A DNA stretch of 34,693 nucleotides from a virus (lineage: Duplodnaviria; Caudoviricetes): positions 1 to 34,693 of the IMG/VR virus record IMGVR_UViG_3300011335_000154, one strand, 5' to 3'. The position numbers and the translations under genes are program-made. A model generated the notes under the pieces. The model was not told the origin of the DNA. It searched no databases and saw nothing but the letters and a program-made list of their open reading frames with translations. Positions 26,640 to 34,301 of the stretch are shown one piece after another (the stretch's first letter is position 1; each line of letters opens with the position of its first letter).

Positions 26640-27082
26640 GTGTTCTTCTCCTTGAGTTTGGCTTCGATGGCTCGGCACAGCCAGTTAACCGATTTGTCGC
26701 CTTTCACCATTGAGCGTGAAAGTTCATCAATCTCCTCATCCGTCAGCCCAACCCATGTACGCTGTGCTTCCATTGACTTAAACCATCCAAAAGCATAAGC
26801 AGTCTTTTCTGCTTCTGTTTTGCACTCAGGTGGTGGCTCTGGCTGTGCCAAGGCTTCTTGAATTCTTTGTTTTAAAACATCGGCTCTGTGCATCCCGAGT
26901 TCATGTGGTTTGACAGTTTCTTGAATCCACTCGGTTTTGTCTAGCCACACTTCAAGTGCTTTTTTGTAATTAGGCTCTTGCTCTGCCAAGGCTTCTTTGA
27001 TGGCGTGACGGACATATTTGCGTTCGTGTGCATCTGTTTCAATGTACTCAAGACACATCTTCAATGCTTCATCTTTAGTCAT
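26636..27082 (-). CDS. Modular hypothetical protein
   Basis: MTKDEAL...EALAEQEP...EALAQPEP...WVGLTDEEI...AIEAKLKEKNT. Confidence 0.75.
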   Translation of the reverse strand: MTKDEALKMCLEYIETDAHERKYVRHAIKEALAEQEPNYKKALEVWLDKTEWIQETVKPHELGMHRADVLKQRIQEALAQPEPPPECKTEAEKTAYAFGWFKSMEAQRTWVGLTDEEIDELSRSMVKGDKSVNWLCRAIEAKLKEKNT

Positions 27083-27291
27083 GCTTGTCCCCATGTGCCA
27101 CAACTTATGCAACGCATTTGACCGACTTTCATTTCACCTGTTCTAAACCATTCATGCTTGTGGGCAATCTTTACAGGCTCTGGCTGTGCCAAGGCTTTAA
27201 TCAATGCCTCACAAACAACGTATTCGGGCGTATTAGGTGAATGAATGCCCATGCCAACTTGTGCTAATTCAATCAATTTGTCTTTAGTCAT
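27079..27291 (-). CDS. Modular hypothetical protein with H-x-H...C-x2-C
   Basis: ATGA-coupled; KALAQPEP. Confidence 0.7.
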   Translation of the reverse strand: MTKDKLIELAQVGMGIHSPNTPEYVVCEALIKALAQPEPVKIAHKHEWFRTGEMKVGQMRCISCGTWGQA

Positions 27292-27509
27292 GCTTGCCCC
27301 CTAATAATTTCAGCAGGCTCATGCGGGTCATAAAACCCGATGCCCTTATCAAGTTCGTCAAACACCTTTGCCAAACGCTCACGCTCATGCTCTGCTACTA
27401 ACTTGGCAAAGATTTCAAGGTGCAATAAAGCAGATGGATGAAATGGTTTTCCTTCCTCATCTATACCGTACGCCTTATTTGCCATTTGGATAATTTCTTC
27501 TCTGTTCAT
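27288..27509 (-). CDS. Hypothetical protein (FAKLV..HER paralog family)
   Basis: AGGAG SD; MNREEIIQMA...FAKLVAEHERE. Confidence 0.75.
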   Translation of the reverse strand: MNREEIIQMANKAYGIDEEGKPFHPSALLHLEIFAKLVAEHERERLAKVFDELDKGIGFYDPHEPAEIIRGQA

Positions 27510-27667
27510 TTCTTCTCCTGCAAAGAGATAGGCATATAAATACAAGCCTTGTCCTTACTGTTTATGCAAGAAACATGGATAACATTCTTTAGTCCATTGC
27601 GTTTACAGTTCTCACACTTAGAGTCAGGCTCTTTTGGTAGACAACCAATAATCTTAAACAGACTCAT
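27506..27667 (-). CDS. Small Cys-rich protein
   Basis: GGAGG SD; ATGA overlaps; CENC. Confidence 0.6.
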   Translation of the reverse strand: MSLFKIIGCLPKEPDSKCENCKRNGLKNVIHVSCINSKDKACIYMPISLQEKK

Positions 27668-27834
27668 CTCACCCTCCCAACTTTCTCTGGTGGAGGAGGC
27701 AGCATCTTCTCTGAAGGTGGAGTCCATCCATACTTTCTCCACAGTGCCTGGACATCCGATCCTGATTCCCACTTGAAGTCTTTAGTAGGAATAGATGGAT
27801 AACTGATCTTTGAATGGGGTGGTAATTCAATCAT
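27664..27834 (-). CDS. 56-aa hypothetical protein (not in ORF track)
   Basis: MIELPPHSK...DVQALWRKYGWTPPSE; ATGA overlaps on both sides. Confidence 0.7.
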   Translation of the reverse strand: MIELPPHSKISYPSIPTKDFKWESGSDVQALWRKYGWTPPSEKMLPPPPEKVGRVR

Positions 27835-28160
27835 ATTGCCCTCATCAGACGTTGTTTACGGCCAGAGCGACCTACTTTAACGCCCACTATTTCAATGAAT
27901 CCTTTGTCTAACAGAGATTTGTATCGTGCTGTTATTGAGGAATATGGGTACTGCGGGAACAACTCTAAGACTTGATCTGAAATACAACCTTCAGGAAAGC
28001 CTTTAATAGCCTCATAGACAAGTCTTTCGAGTTTGGTGGTGTCAACCACTTGAGCCGCCTGATGGCTCGTTGTAGGGTCTTCTTTTCGTACCAACTTAAA
28101 TGCTGGTGTGCCAAAAAAGTTATCCATTGAAAGTTTCATTCTGTTAAACATATCATTCAT
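27831..28160 (-). CDS. Winged-helix protein
   Basis: RKEDPTTSHQAA...SITARYKSLLDKGFIE....SGRKQ. Confidence 0.75.
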   Translation of the reverse strand: MNDMFNRMKLSMDNFFGTPAFKLVRKEDPTTSHQAAQVVDTTKLERLVYEAIKGFPEGCISDQVLELFPQYPYSSITARYKSLLDKGFIEIVGVKVGRSGRKQRLMRAI

Positions 28161-28177
28161 TATTCACTCCTATTGGT

Positions 28178-28247
28178 GGGGTACTCGCTGCGTCTGTGCG
28201 TTATCAGAGGCTTTTGATCGCAACTGGCACAGCATCCGCTTTCCCCC
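28178..28247 (-). ncRNA. Candidate structured RNA with loop-E (bulged-G) motif
   Basis: GGGG-GAAA-GC...CUGUGC...GCACAG...GC-GAGUA-CCCC. Confidence 0.55.
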
Positions 28248-28259
28248 GAAAAAAGTTTA

Positions 28260-28502
28260 TCAGAAAGGCAGGTCGCTATCATCAAAGTTGGTGGCCTTAG
28301 ATCGCTCTGAGGGCTTCGCTTTGTACTCTTCCTTGGGTGATACTGCTAGACCCATGAATTTGCCTGATTTACCCTCTTTAATCCATGCTGATAGCCAGTA
28401 ATCCTGACCACCTACTGTGATATTTCCTTTGTAATCAGGATGGTTTGGTGTTTCTTTCTTGTCGTTCTTGAACAAGACACCAGAGTTATCTTTCTTTTCC
28501 AT
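28260..28502 (-). CDS. Small SSB-like protein (DUF736-like)
   Basis: GVLFKN..K....HPDYKG...SAW; acidic tail DDSDLPF. Confidence 0.8.
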   Translation of the reverse strand: MEKKDNSGVLFKNDKKETPNHPDYKGNITVGGQDYWLSAWIKEGKSGKFMGLAVSPKEEYKAKPSERSKATNFDDSDLPF

Positions 28503-29164
28503 TACATTTCCTTCGCTTTCTTTAACGCACTTCTTACTTTACTGGGAAGGAGTGTCCACAAGGCCACCTTTTGTTCGGAGTCTAAGTTCTCTCCTTCCAA
28601 CTTAACCCAAGCCGCCTTGGGATCACCCTGTTCGCAAGTAGCAATCAAATCAATTGCTAATTCCTCTAGGTATCGTAATTCCTCAATAGGAATGTTGTCC
28701 ATTGCTCCCTGAGTAGGAGTAATAACTACTGATTTACCCTCTTCTGGAAGATCCTCTCCGCTATACAAATACATCCCAAGACCATGTAATGCAAGGGCTT
28801 TTGTCATACAACGCATGATGGCAGTGTTAACAGCAAAAGCATCTGGTTTAGGGATTGCTTTGTTTCGGTAGTCCATCACAGGTAGTTGACAAGTCATTGG
28901 CTTTTTGAACATCGTCACAGTAACGAACACCATTGCTGTGCCGTTAATGTCCATAAAGCACTTGCCATCGAACATCTCTACCTTGAAAGTAGCATTAGCG
29001 TCTGCTTTGAGAGCCTCTGCCCATGCCCAAGCCCATGACAGGTAGGATAGGCCATTCTTTTTCTCAACATGGTCATTGACATTCTTTGTCAACAACTTTG
29101 CGATTAACTCTTTGCGCTCAACCAATAAGCCTGATTGGTTTGGGTCTTGTGTGTAACTATCCAT
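28502..29164 (-). CDS. Sak3/DUF1071-like single-strand annealing protein
   Basis: EKKNGLSYLSWAWAW, LPVMD, NTAIMRC.TKA.ALHGLG.Y.Y.GEDLP. Confidence 0.9.
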   Translation of the reverse strand: MDSYTQDPNQSGLLVERKELIAKLLTKNVNDHVEKKNGLSYLSWAWAWAEALKADANATFKVEMFDGKCFMDINGTAMVFVTVTMFKKPMTCQLPVMDYRNKAIPKPDAFAVNTAIMRCMTKALALHGLGMYLYSGEDLPEEGKSVVITPTQGAMDNIPIEELRYLEELAIDLIATCEQGDPKAAWVKLEGENLDSEQKVALWTLLPSKVRSALKKAKEM

Positions 29165-29165
29165 A

Positions 29166-29351
29166 TTAACTCCTGTAAGTATCTAACTCGTTATCAATGA
29201 TTTGTGTTTGTTGGTCAAGGTCTAAGTCCTTGAACTCAATAAAGTCTGCTTCTTGGCAGCAAACTATTCTGTTTCCCTTTATTGTCAAACAATAAGGACA
29301 GTAGTGGATGTCAGAGAACTCTTCCACATAGGTTTGAAATAGTGTTTTCAT
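29166..29351 (-). CDS. Small Cys-rich protein
   Basis: YCPYC...CCQE. Confidence 0.65.
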   Translation of the reverse strand: MKTLFQTYVEEFSDIHYCPYCLTIKGNRIVCCQEADFIEFKDLDLDQQTQIIDNELDTYRS

Positions 29352-29554
29352 CAGTGCAACCTATCAAAAGCCATTTCCCATAGAACATCAGAGGCCAGGT
29401 CACTGAGTCTGTCCAACTCATCGTCTGTCAAAGGTGTTCCATTTTCATAACAAGCATATGAGAAGTAAGCATCAGAGAAATCTGGATAATCTCTACTGTC
29501 TACTCCATCAACTTCTAGGTCTACAACCTTCTTTCCATTAAGTATTGGCATCAT
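29351..29554 (-). CDS. Acidic hypothetical protein
   Basis: DGVDSRDYPDFSDAY. Confidence 0.75.
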   Translation of the reverse strand: MMPILNGKKVVDLEVDGVDSRDYPDFSDAYFSYACYENGTPLTDDELDRLSDLASDVLWEMAFDRLH

Positions 29555-29775
29555 TCGCCCCTTGCTTTTAGCATTGCATCAGCAATTGCATACGCCCTTT
29601 TTGCAATCTTTGAAGAATCATGCCACCATCCACAGTGCATATCATTTTCTACGCCTTGCTCAAGATTGCCAGCAAGAGCTTGCCCTGCAAAGTAGTCTCG
29701 CAAGGTCATGCCTTTTTCGCCTTGGATCATTTCTCCATCATCGGCTGTCCACGGAAATGCTGATTGATTTTTCAT
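29551..29775 (-). CDS. Phage protein of the GMTLRDYFA family
   Basis: AFP...GMTLRDYFAGQAL...AY.IADAMLKAR. Confidence 0.85.
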   Translation of the reverse strand: MKNQSAFPWTADDGEMIQGEKGMTLRDYFAGQALAGNLEQGVENDMHCGWWHDSSKIAKRAYAIADAMLKARGE

Positions 29776-29828
29776 ATTCACTCCTATTTGTTTATCAAAA
29801 ATGTGGCTTAATTACTGCCCACACCGAT

Positions 29829-29902
29829 AATGTGCCATAGGTTTTACAAATATTTACCTAGGATAAACCCTAATAGACTGCACTTTTTTATCATGCTAGG
29901 CT
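29829..29902. promoter_or_regulatory. Divergent early promoters around a TAGGATAAACCCTA site
   Basis: Right: TAGACT-17-TAGGCT with extended TG; left: GTAAAT-17-CACATT with extended TG; site at 29859-29872. Confidence 0.6.
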
Positions 29903-29908
29903 CACGTT

Positions 29909-30088
29909 ATGAAACTTGAACAAATTGAAAAACAATGCGCTGAAACATTGCTTGCTTATGCAGAGTCGATGGCTGATGCTTACATTAACCAACCAGAGGA
30001 CTTAGATGCCTCTATGACTGCCTTGCTAGGTAGAGCATTAGAGATACATCTAAACCGCAAAATCAACCTAGAGAACCTATACAAATGA
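29909..30088 (+). CDS. 59-aa hypothetical protein, probably leaderless (not in ORF track)
   Basis: MKLEQIEKQCAETLL...; ATG 6 nt after the -10; no SD; ATGA overlap with 30085. Confidence 0.65.
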   Translation: MKLEQIEKQCAETLLAYAESMADAYINQPEDLDASMTALLGRALEIHLNRKINLENLYK

Positions 30089-30453
30089 CACAAGAAGCAA
30101 TCATCAGGGCTTTACAAAATGGCCCTCTCACTTCCCATGAACTAGAAAACTTAACAGGAATTCCTAGAACTTCTGTTTTAGCCGCTTGTAAGAAGATGAG
30201 ATACAAAAACGAACTAACAGTTGAGAAGGTGAAAATAGGGCGTGCTTGGGTGGCTAGATACACTCTAGAAGACCGAATGATTGCATCCAAGAAACCTGAA
30301 AAGCCTCGTTGCTTGTTAAACCCATTTGATATCAGAAATGCAAAGGGTATCTTTACAGATGCTGAGTACAGAGTTATGAATGCTCAAGCAGCCAGACTTT
30401 ACAAAGCTAATCCTGATTTCACTAAACAGATCACAAACAATCAAAAGATTTAA
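30085..30453 (+). CDS. Winged-HTH DNA-binding protein
   Basis: IIRALQNGPLTSHELENLTGIPRTSVLAAC. Confidence 0.75.
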   Translation: MTQEAIIRALQNGPLTSHELENLTGIPRTSVLAACKKMRYKNELTVEKVKIGRAWVARYTLEDRMIASKKPEKPRCLLNPFDIRNAKGIFTDAEYRVMNAQAARLYKANPDFTKQITNNQKI

Positions 30454-30482
30454 TTTACAAAGTAGAATTAGTTTGATATTAT
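30454..30482 (+). promoter_or_regulatory. Sigma70 promoter for the replication operon
   Basis: TTTACA-17-TATTAT with extended TG. Confidence 0.7.
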
Positions 30483-30487
30483 GGAAT

Positions 30488-30560
30488 CCAGCTAGGTGCG
30501 AAGTCATGAGCGCACCGAAAAGAGTTAACCCTTCTCCTGCTGGCAATTCCTTTAAGGGTG
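30488..30560 (+). ncRNA. Candidate structured leader RNA of the replication initiator
   Basis: CCAGC/GCTGG and GGTGCG/CGCACC stems; ACCCTT complementary to downstream AAGGGT. Confidence 0.5.
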
Positions 30561-30578
30561 GTTTAAAAAGCGGAAAAT

Positions 30579-31295
30579 ATGTACTATTACCAGTTCAACA
30601 TTGGTGACTACCAAAGTCACACTTCGCATCTTTCTGAGATAGAAGATTTAGTCTACAGGCGCTTGCTTGATTGGTACTATCTCCATGAATGTCCAATTCC
30701 ACTTGATGAAGCTGAAGTATCAAGACAGATTCGTATGCGTTCGCATATCGAAAGCATTGCAATCGTATTGCAAGAGTATTTCGAGCGCACTGATGATGGA
30801 TGGATTCACAACAGGGCAAACAAGGAAATAGCCAAAGCTGGTGACAAATCAGAGAAGGCTAGTGCTAGTGCTAAAGCTAGATGGAATAAGCGAGATGCGA
30901 ACGCATTGCCAACGCAATCCGAAAGCAATGCTACACATAACACATTACCCAATACACATAACACAGAACACAAGACACAAAAGAAAGCAACTGTCGTTGC
31001 AACACCTATCGGTGTTTCTGATTCTGTTTGGCAGGAATTTATTGCTCACAGGAAATCTAAGAAAGCTCGTGTAACTCAATTGGTTATTGATGGCATACAA
31101 GAGCAAGCAAGAATTGCAGGTTGGTCATTGGAAGACGCATTGAAAGAAACCATTGTCCGAAACTGGCAGTCTTTCAAAGCTGATTGGGTAAAAGATGAAA
31201 ACCTAAGCAAAACTGGTCAGATGAACCAAAGAGTTATTTCTGGTTTAACAAGAGGCTTAATTGGAGGTGGCAATGTCAAACTACTCGGAAACTGA
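30579..31295 (+). CDS. DUF1376/YdaU-family replication initiator
   Basis: YYQFNIGDY..HT.HLS..ED..YRRLLD.YY..E; W.EF..HRK.KKA; NWQSFKADW. Confidence 0.88.
   Translation: MYYYQFNIGDYQSHTSHLSEIEDLVYRRLLDWYYLHECPIPLDEAEVSRQIRMRSHIESIAIVLQEYFERTDDGWIHNRANKEIAKAGDKSEKASASAKARWNKRDANALPTQSESNATHNTLPNTHNTEHKTQKKATVVATPIGVSDSVWQEFIAHRKSKKARVTQLVIDGIQEQARIAGWSLEDALKETIVRNWQSFKADWVKDENLSKTGQMNQRVISGLTRGLIGGGNVKLLGN
30895..30981 (+). repeat. Iteron-like repeats, probable replication origin
   Basis: 3x 11-mer (30897-30929) followed by 7x heptamer ACACA-like (30933-30981). Confidence 0.7.
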
Positions 31296-31659
31296 TTTCT
31301 GCACAGCAGACCAAGGATTAGATTACATCTTTGCGAGAATGATGGCTATCTTTGGAACACCATTTAACCGCCATTTTGATGGCATAGATCCAGACTTTGT
31401 TCGTCAGGAATGGAAAACCCAACTAGGTCGTTTCCTGACATACCGCCCAAGCATGGACTTTGCCATTGCCAAACTAGAGGGTGAGTTTATTCCGAGCGCA
31501 ATAAAGTTCCGCAATCTATGCAACCAAGGGCCACACATCCCAACAAAAGAGGTTTTGCAGATCGAGAAGCAATCTACTGAAGCCGATAAACAAGCAGCAT
31601 TGGAAGCCAAAGAGAAGGCTAAAAAGTGGCTTGAAAAGCATAGGTGGAATAAAGCATGA
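31273..31659 (+). CDS. Probable replication accessory protein (helicase-loader position)
   Basis: GGAGG SD; IF.RM..IFG..F...W...L...PS..KFR.LC; follows the initiator. Confidence 0.6.
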   Translation: MSNYSETDFCTADQGLDYIFARMMAIFGTPFNRHFDGIDPDFVRQEWKTQLGRFLTYRPSMDFAIAKLEGEFIPSAIKFRNLCNQGPHIPTKEVLQIEKQSTEADKQAALEAKEKAKKWLEKHRWNKA

Positions 31660-32312
31660 AAGTTTTACCTATCAATAACTTTGAAGCAGAGCCTTGGTTG
31701 CTTGAAAAACACTATGCCAAGCGGATGCCACAAATTATGTTTGCGTTTGGTTTATATAAAGATGACATTCTTGTTGGAGTAGTAACCTATGGAATACCCG
31801 CTTCACCACCACTTTGCATGGGCATCTGTGGGAAAGAATACTCAAACAAAGTTTTAGAACTAAACCGAGTATGTTTGTTGGACAACCATAAAAACGAAGC
31901 ATCATTCCTTATTGCGAATTCAATTAAGTTGTTGCCAAAACCAATGATTGTTGTTTCATTTGCAGATACGAGTAAAAACCATGTTGGATATGTATATCAG
32001 GCTACTAATTTTCTTTACACTGGCTTATCAGCTAACAGAATTGATTGGACTATAAAAGGCCAAGAGCATAAGCACGCCAAGACCATTGGTGATGGGCTAA
32101 CTCTTTCTGAGATCAAAGAGTTACATGGTGATGATTTTTACTATGTTGAACGATCTAGAAAACACCGATACATTCTGTTTCATGGATCAAAGACTGATAA
32201 AAAAGTATTACGTTCTAAGTTGAAATATGAGGTTATGCCATATCCAAAGGGTGACTCTCAAAGATACGATTCTGGAACTACTGTAAAAACCCAACAACTT
32301 TTATTCGCATGA
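31656..32312 (+). CDS. Mom-like GNAT DNA-modification enzyme
   Basis: HYAKR, FGL....LVGV.TYG.P, ELNR, SFAD....H.G.VYQATNF.YTG, K.RY. Confidence 0.8.
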   Translation: MKVLPINNFEAEPWLLEKHYAKRMPQIMFAFGLYKDDILVGVVTYGIPASPPLCMGICGKEYSNKVLELNRVCLLDNHKNEASFLIANSIKLLPKPMIVVSFADTSKNHVGYVYQATNFLYTGLSANRIDWTIKGQEHKHAKTIGDGLTLSEIKELHGDDFYYVERSRKHRYILFHGSKTDKKVLRSKLKYEVMPYPKGDSQRYDSGTTVKTQQLLFA

Positions 32313-32416
32313 ACTACTACGAAGCTATGAGACTGCTAGATAAGGTAAAAGAAGGCGTACCTTATCCTTTGCACCTGATAAACAAAGCATTGGAGCTTAC
32401 AGGTGACTTGGAGTAG
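32309..32416 (+). CDS. 35-aa hypothetical protein
   Basis: MNYYEAMRLLDKVKEG...INKALELTGDLE; ATGA overlap. Confidence 0.65.
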   Translation: MNYYEAMRLLDKVKEGVPYPLHLINKALELTGDLE

Positions 32417-32615
32417 AAGAAACATTGAAAGCCCAAGCGATAGGGTAATCCTTGAACAAGCAGAAGCAAGGGAGCTTTATCGCAATTGGGAGACATCAAA
32501 GAATCGTGATCTCATTCGTGCCAGATTAGAGAGAGCCGAGCGAATCTATGGTGTTGGTGCTAGAGACAGAATTCGAGAATACATGAACAGAATTAAAGAT
32601 GGGACACTTCTATGA
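32403..32615 (+). CDS. Hypothetical protein
   Basis: GGAG SD with GTG start; ATGA-coupled to rusA. Confidence 0.65.
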   Translation: MTWSRRNIESPSDRVILEQAEARELYRNWETSKNRDLIRARLERAERIYGVGARDRIREYMNRIKDGTLL

Positions 32616-33040
32616 GCTTTATGGTCACTTTTAAAGTAGACGCTAACCCTGTTGGCAAACAAAGGGCTAGATACGTCAAGAGGGGTAACTTTGTAAGTAC
32701 TTATACCCCTGAGAAGACAAGAACCTATGAAGCCCTAATCAAAGAAGCCTCTAGGCAAGCAATGGGAAGTACAGAACCATTGGAAACACCTGTAAGCCTG
32801 TATCTGTACATCAGAGTACCAATCCCTAAGTCATGCACTAAAAAGCGCTTGGAGGCCATTGCAAACGGCTCTGAGAAGCCAATTCGTAAGCCCGATGGGT
32901 CAAATATCCTCAAAAGTGTGGAGGATGGCATGAACTCGGTGGTCTATAAGGACGACTCCCAGATTGTCAATATTCACGTTTCCAAGGTTTATTCAACTGT
33001 GCCAGGTGTCGATATTTGCGTCAAAGAGTGCTTGGACTAG
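32612..33040 (+). CDS. rusA: RusA-family Holliday junction resolvase
   Basis: PVGKQRAR, YTP.KT..YE, KPD..NI.K.V.D.MN..VY.DD.QIV. Confidence 0.92.
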   Translation: MSFMVTFKVDANPVGKQRARYVKRGNFVSTYTPEKTRTYEALIKEASRQAMGSTEPLETPVSLYLYIRVPIPKSCTKKRLEAIANGSEKPIRKPDGSNILKSVEDGMNSVVYKDDSQIVNIHVSKVYSTVPGVDICVKECLD

Positions 33041-33081
33041 GGTAAGTCCCTATTCAAAACCCTGTCAAACAGGAATAACAT
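33038..33081 (+). promoter_or_regulatory. TAGGGTAAGTCCCTA site abutting a candidate promoter
   Basis: Site 33038-33052, then TTCAAA-17-TAACAT, then AGGAG SD of 33105. Confidence 0.55.
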
Positions 33082-33104
33082 TTAATTTTTAACAGGAGTC
33101 CAAA

Positions 33105-33353
33105 ATGGAAAATACTTGGGAATTTGACACAACAATCGGTCAAGGTAGCGAAGTAGTGACAGTAGTCTATGAATACGAAATAGACGAGGACAAATCCACG
33201 TTTAACGAGTCTGTGAAGGAAGTCTGGTTCTCTGGGCGTGACATTGTTGGATGTATGTCAGAAGAGGCTTATGCTGAGTTGGATATGGAAGCGGCAATGC
33301 GTTTTCAACATCACAAGCTGAACTACAAACAAGAATCTGATATTGAACCATGA
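33105..33353 (+). CDS. Acidic hypothetical protein
   Basis: AGGAG SD. Confidence 0.75.
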   Translation: MENTWEFDTTIGQGSEVVTVVYEYEIDEDKSTFNESVKEVWFSGRDIVGCMSEEAYAELDMEAAMRFQHHKLNYKQESDIEP

Positions 33354-33814
33354 GGAAGCGCACTAAACGTAAGTTTTGGTCAACAGAGATAAACACCATT
33401 TCTCATGCGATAAGTGGTGCTTCTATCACTCAAAGGGATAAATTGGACAAACTACGCATGATGGAATACTCAGCACTAGAAGCCATGACTAAGGGACATG
33501 GAACAGTAACCGATTGGAGAACCCTAGTTGACGTTCTAAACCTAAGCGAAACGATGGCAAGGCACAACATCGGAAAAGATGAGGTTTTACCTGTTTGCCA
33601 AAAAGCACAAGATGCCCTCCACCAAGCCGCCGAACGCTACATGAAAACTCTCAAGATGGGTTTATCTGGAGAGGGAATTCAAGCGGTAAGGGATTTAATC
33701 GAATATGCTGATTTGCAACAATCAAGCATTCCAAGGTCAGACTTTGAAAAGTACATCCAAAAAACCAAAGACTACATCAGATCAAACGGGAACCTAGTGG
33801 TTGAAATCAAATGA
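33350..33814 (+). CDS. Conserved-type phage hypothetical protein
   Basis: 154 aa; ATGA-coupled. Confidence 0.75.
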   Translation: MRKRTKRKFWSTEINTISHAISGASITQRDKLDKLRMMEYSALEAMTKGHGTVTDWRTLVDVLNLSETMARHNIGKDEVLPVCQKAQDALHQAAERYMKTLKMGLSGEGIQAVRDLIEYADLQQSSIPRSDFEKYIQKTKDYIRSNGNLVVEIK

Positions 33815-34086
33815 CAAGTGAAGATATTTTGAATTGGGCAATAGAAGCTGGCGCATGGAAAACAGACACGGGCGAATTGATTATTGAGGACATGAGCCTA
33901 AGAGATTTTGCGAACTTAGTAGCAAAAGATGAACGTAAATTTTCTGTTGGCTTTCTTATGGAGCTTCATGGAGCGCAATTAGGTAGAAACAATTATTACC
34001 ATTATGCGGCCCAAGCATTAGATGAACTTGATGGTAGAAATTTACCAAATAAGTTCTCATTATCTATTAGGAATGATAAAGAATGA
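33811..34086 (+). CDS. Hypothetical protein (FAxLV paralog family)
   Basis: MTSEDILNWA...FANLVAKDER. Confidence 0.7.
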   Translation: MTSEDILNWAIEAGAWKTDTGELIIEDMSLRDFANLVAKDERKFSVGFLMELHGAQLGRNNYYHYAAQALDELDGRNLPNKFSLSIRNDKE

Positions 34087-34301
34087 ACAAAGAAGACATC
34101 ATCAAGATGGCAAAAGAGTCAGGGTTTTACATTGAAAATAATGAAATTTATAGTATGTCAACCCAGTCAGACCATGAGCTGACTGAATGGATTGAGCGCT
34201 TTGCCAAACTGGTAAGAGAGCATGAACGCAATGAAATAATTGAAATTTTGGATGATTCAACTGGATACGTTCAAATGGATGCAATCAGGGAAAGAATATG
34301 A
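34083..34301 (+). CDS. Hypothetical protein (FAxLV paralog family)
   Basis: MNKEDIIKMA...FAKLVREHER. Confidence 0.7.
   Translation: MNKEDIIKMAKESGFYIENNEIYSMSTQSDHELTEWIERFAKLVREHERNEIIEILDDSTGYVQMDAIRERI

Noticed and set aside
28178-28247. Terminator, tRNA or known self-cleaving ribozyme
   Set aside because: No U-tract on the transcribed strand, no cloverleaf, and no hammerhead or hairpin ribozyme core found
30488-30545. Hammerhead ribozyme
   Set aside because: Has a GAAA junction but lacks the CUGANGA core in the required position
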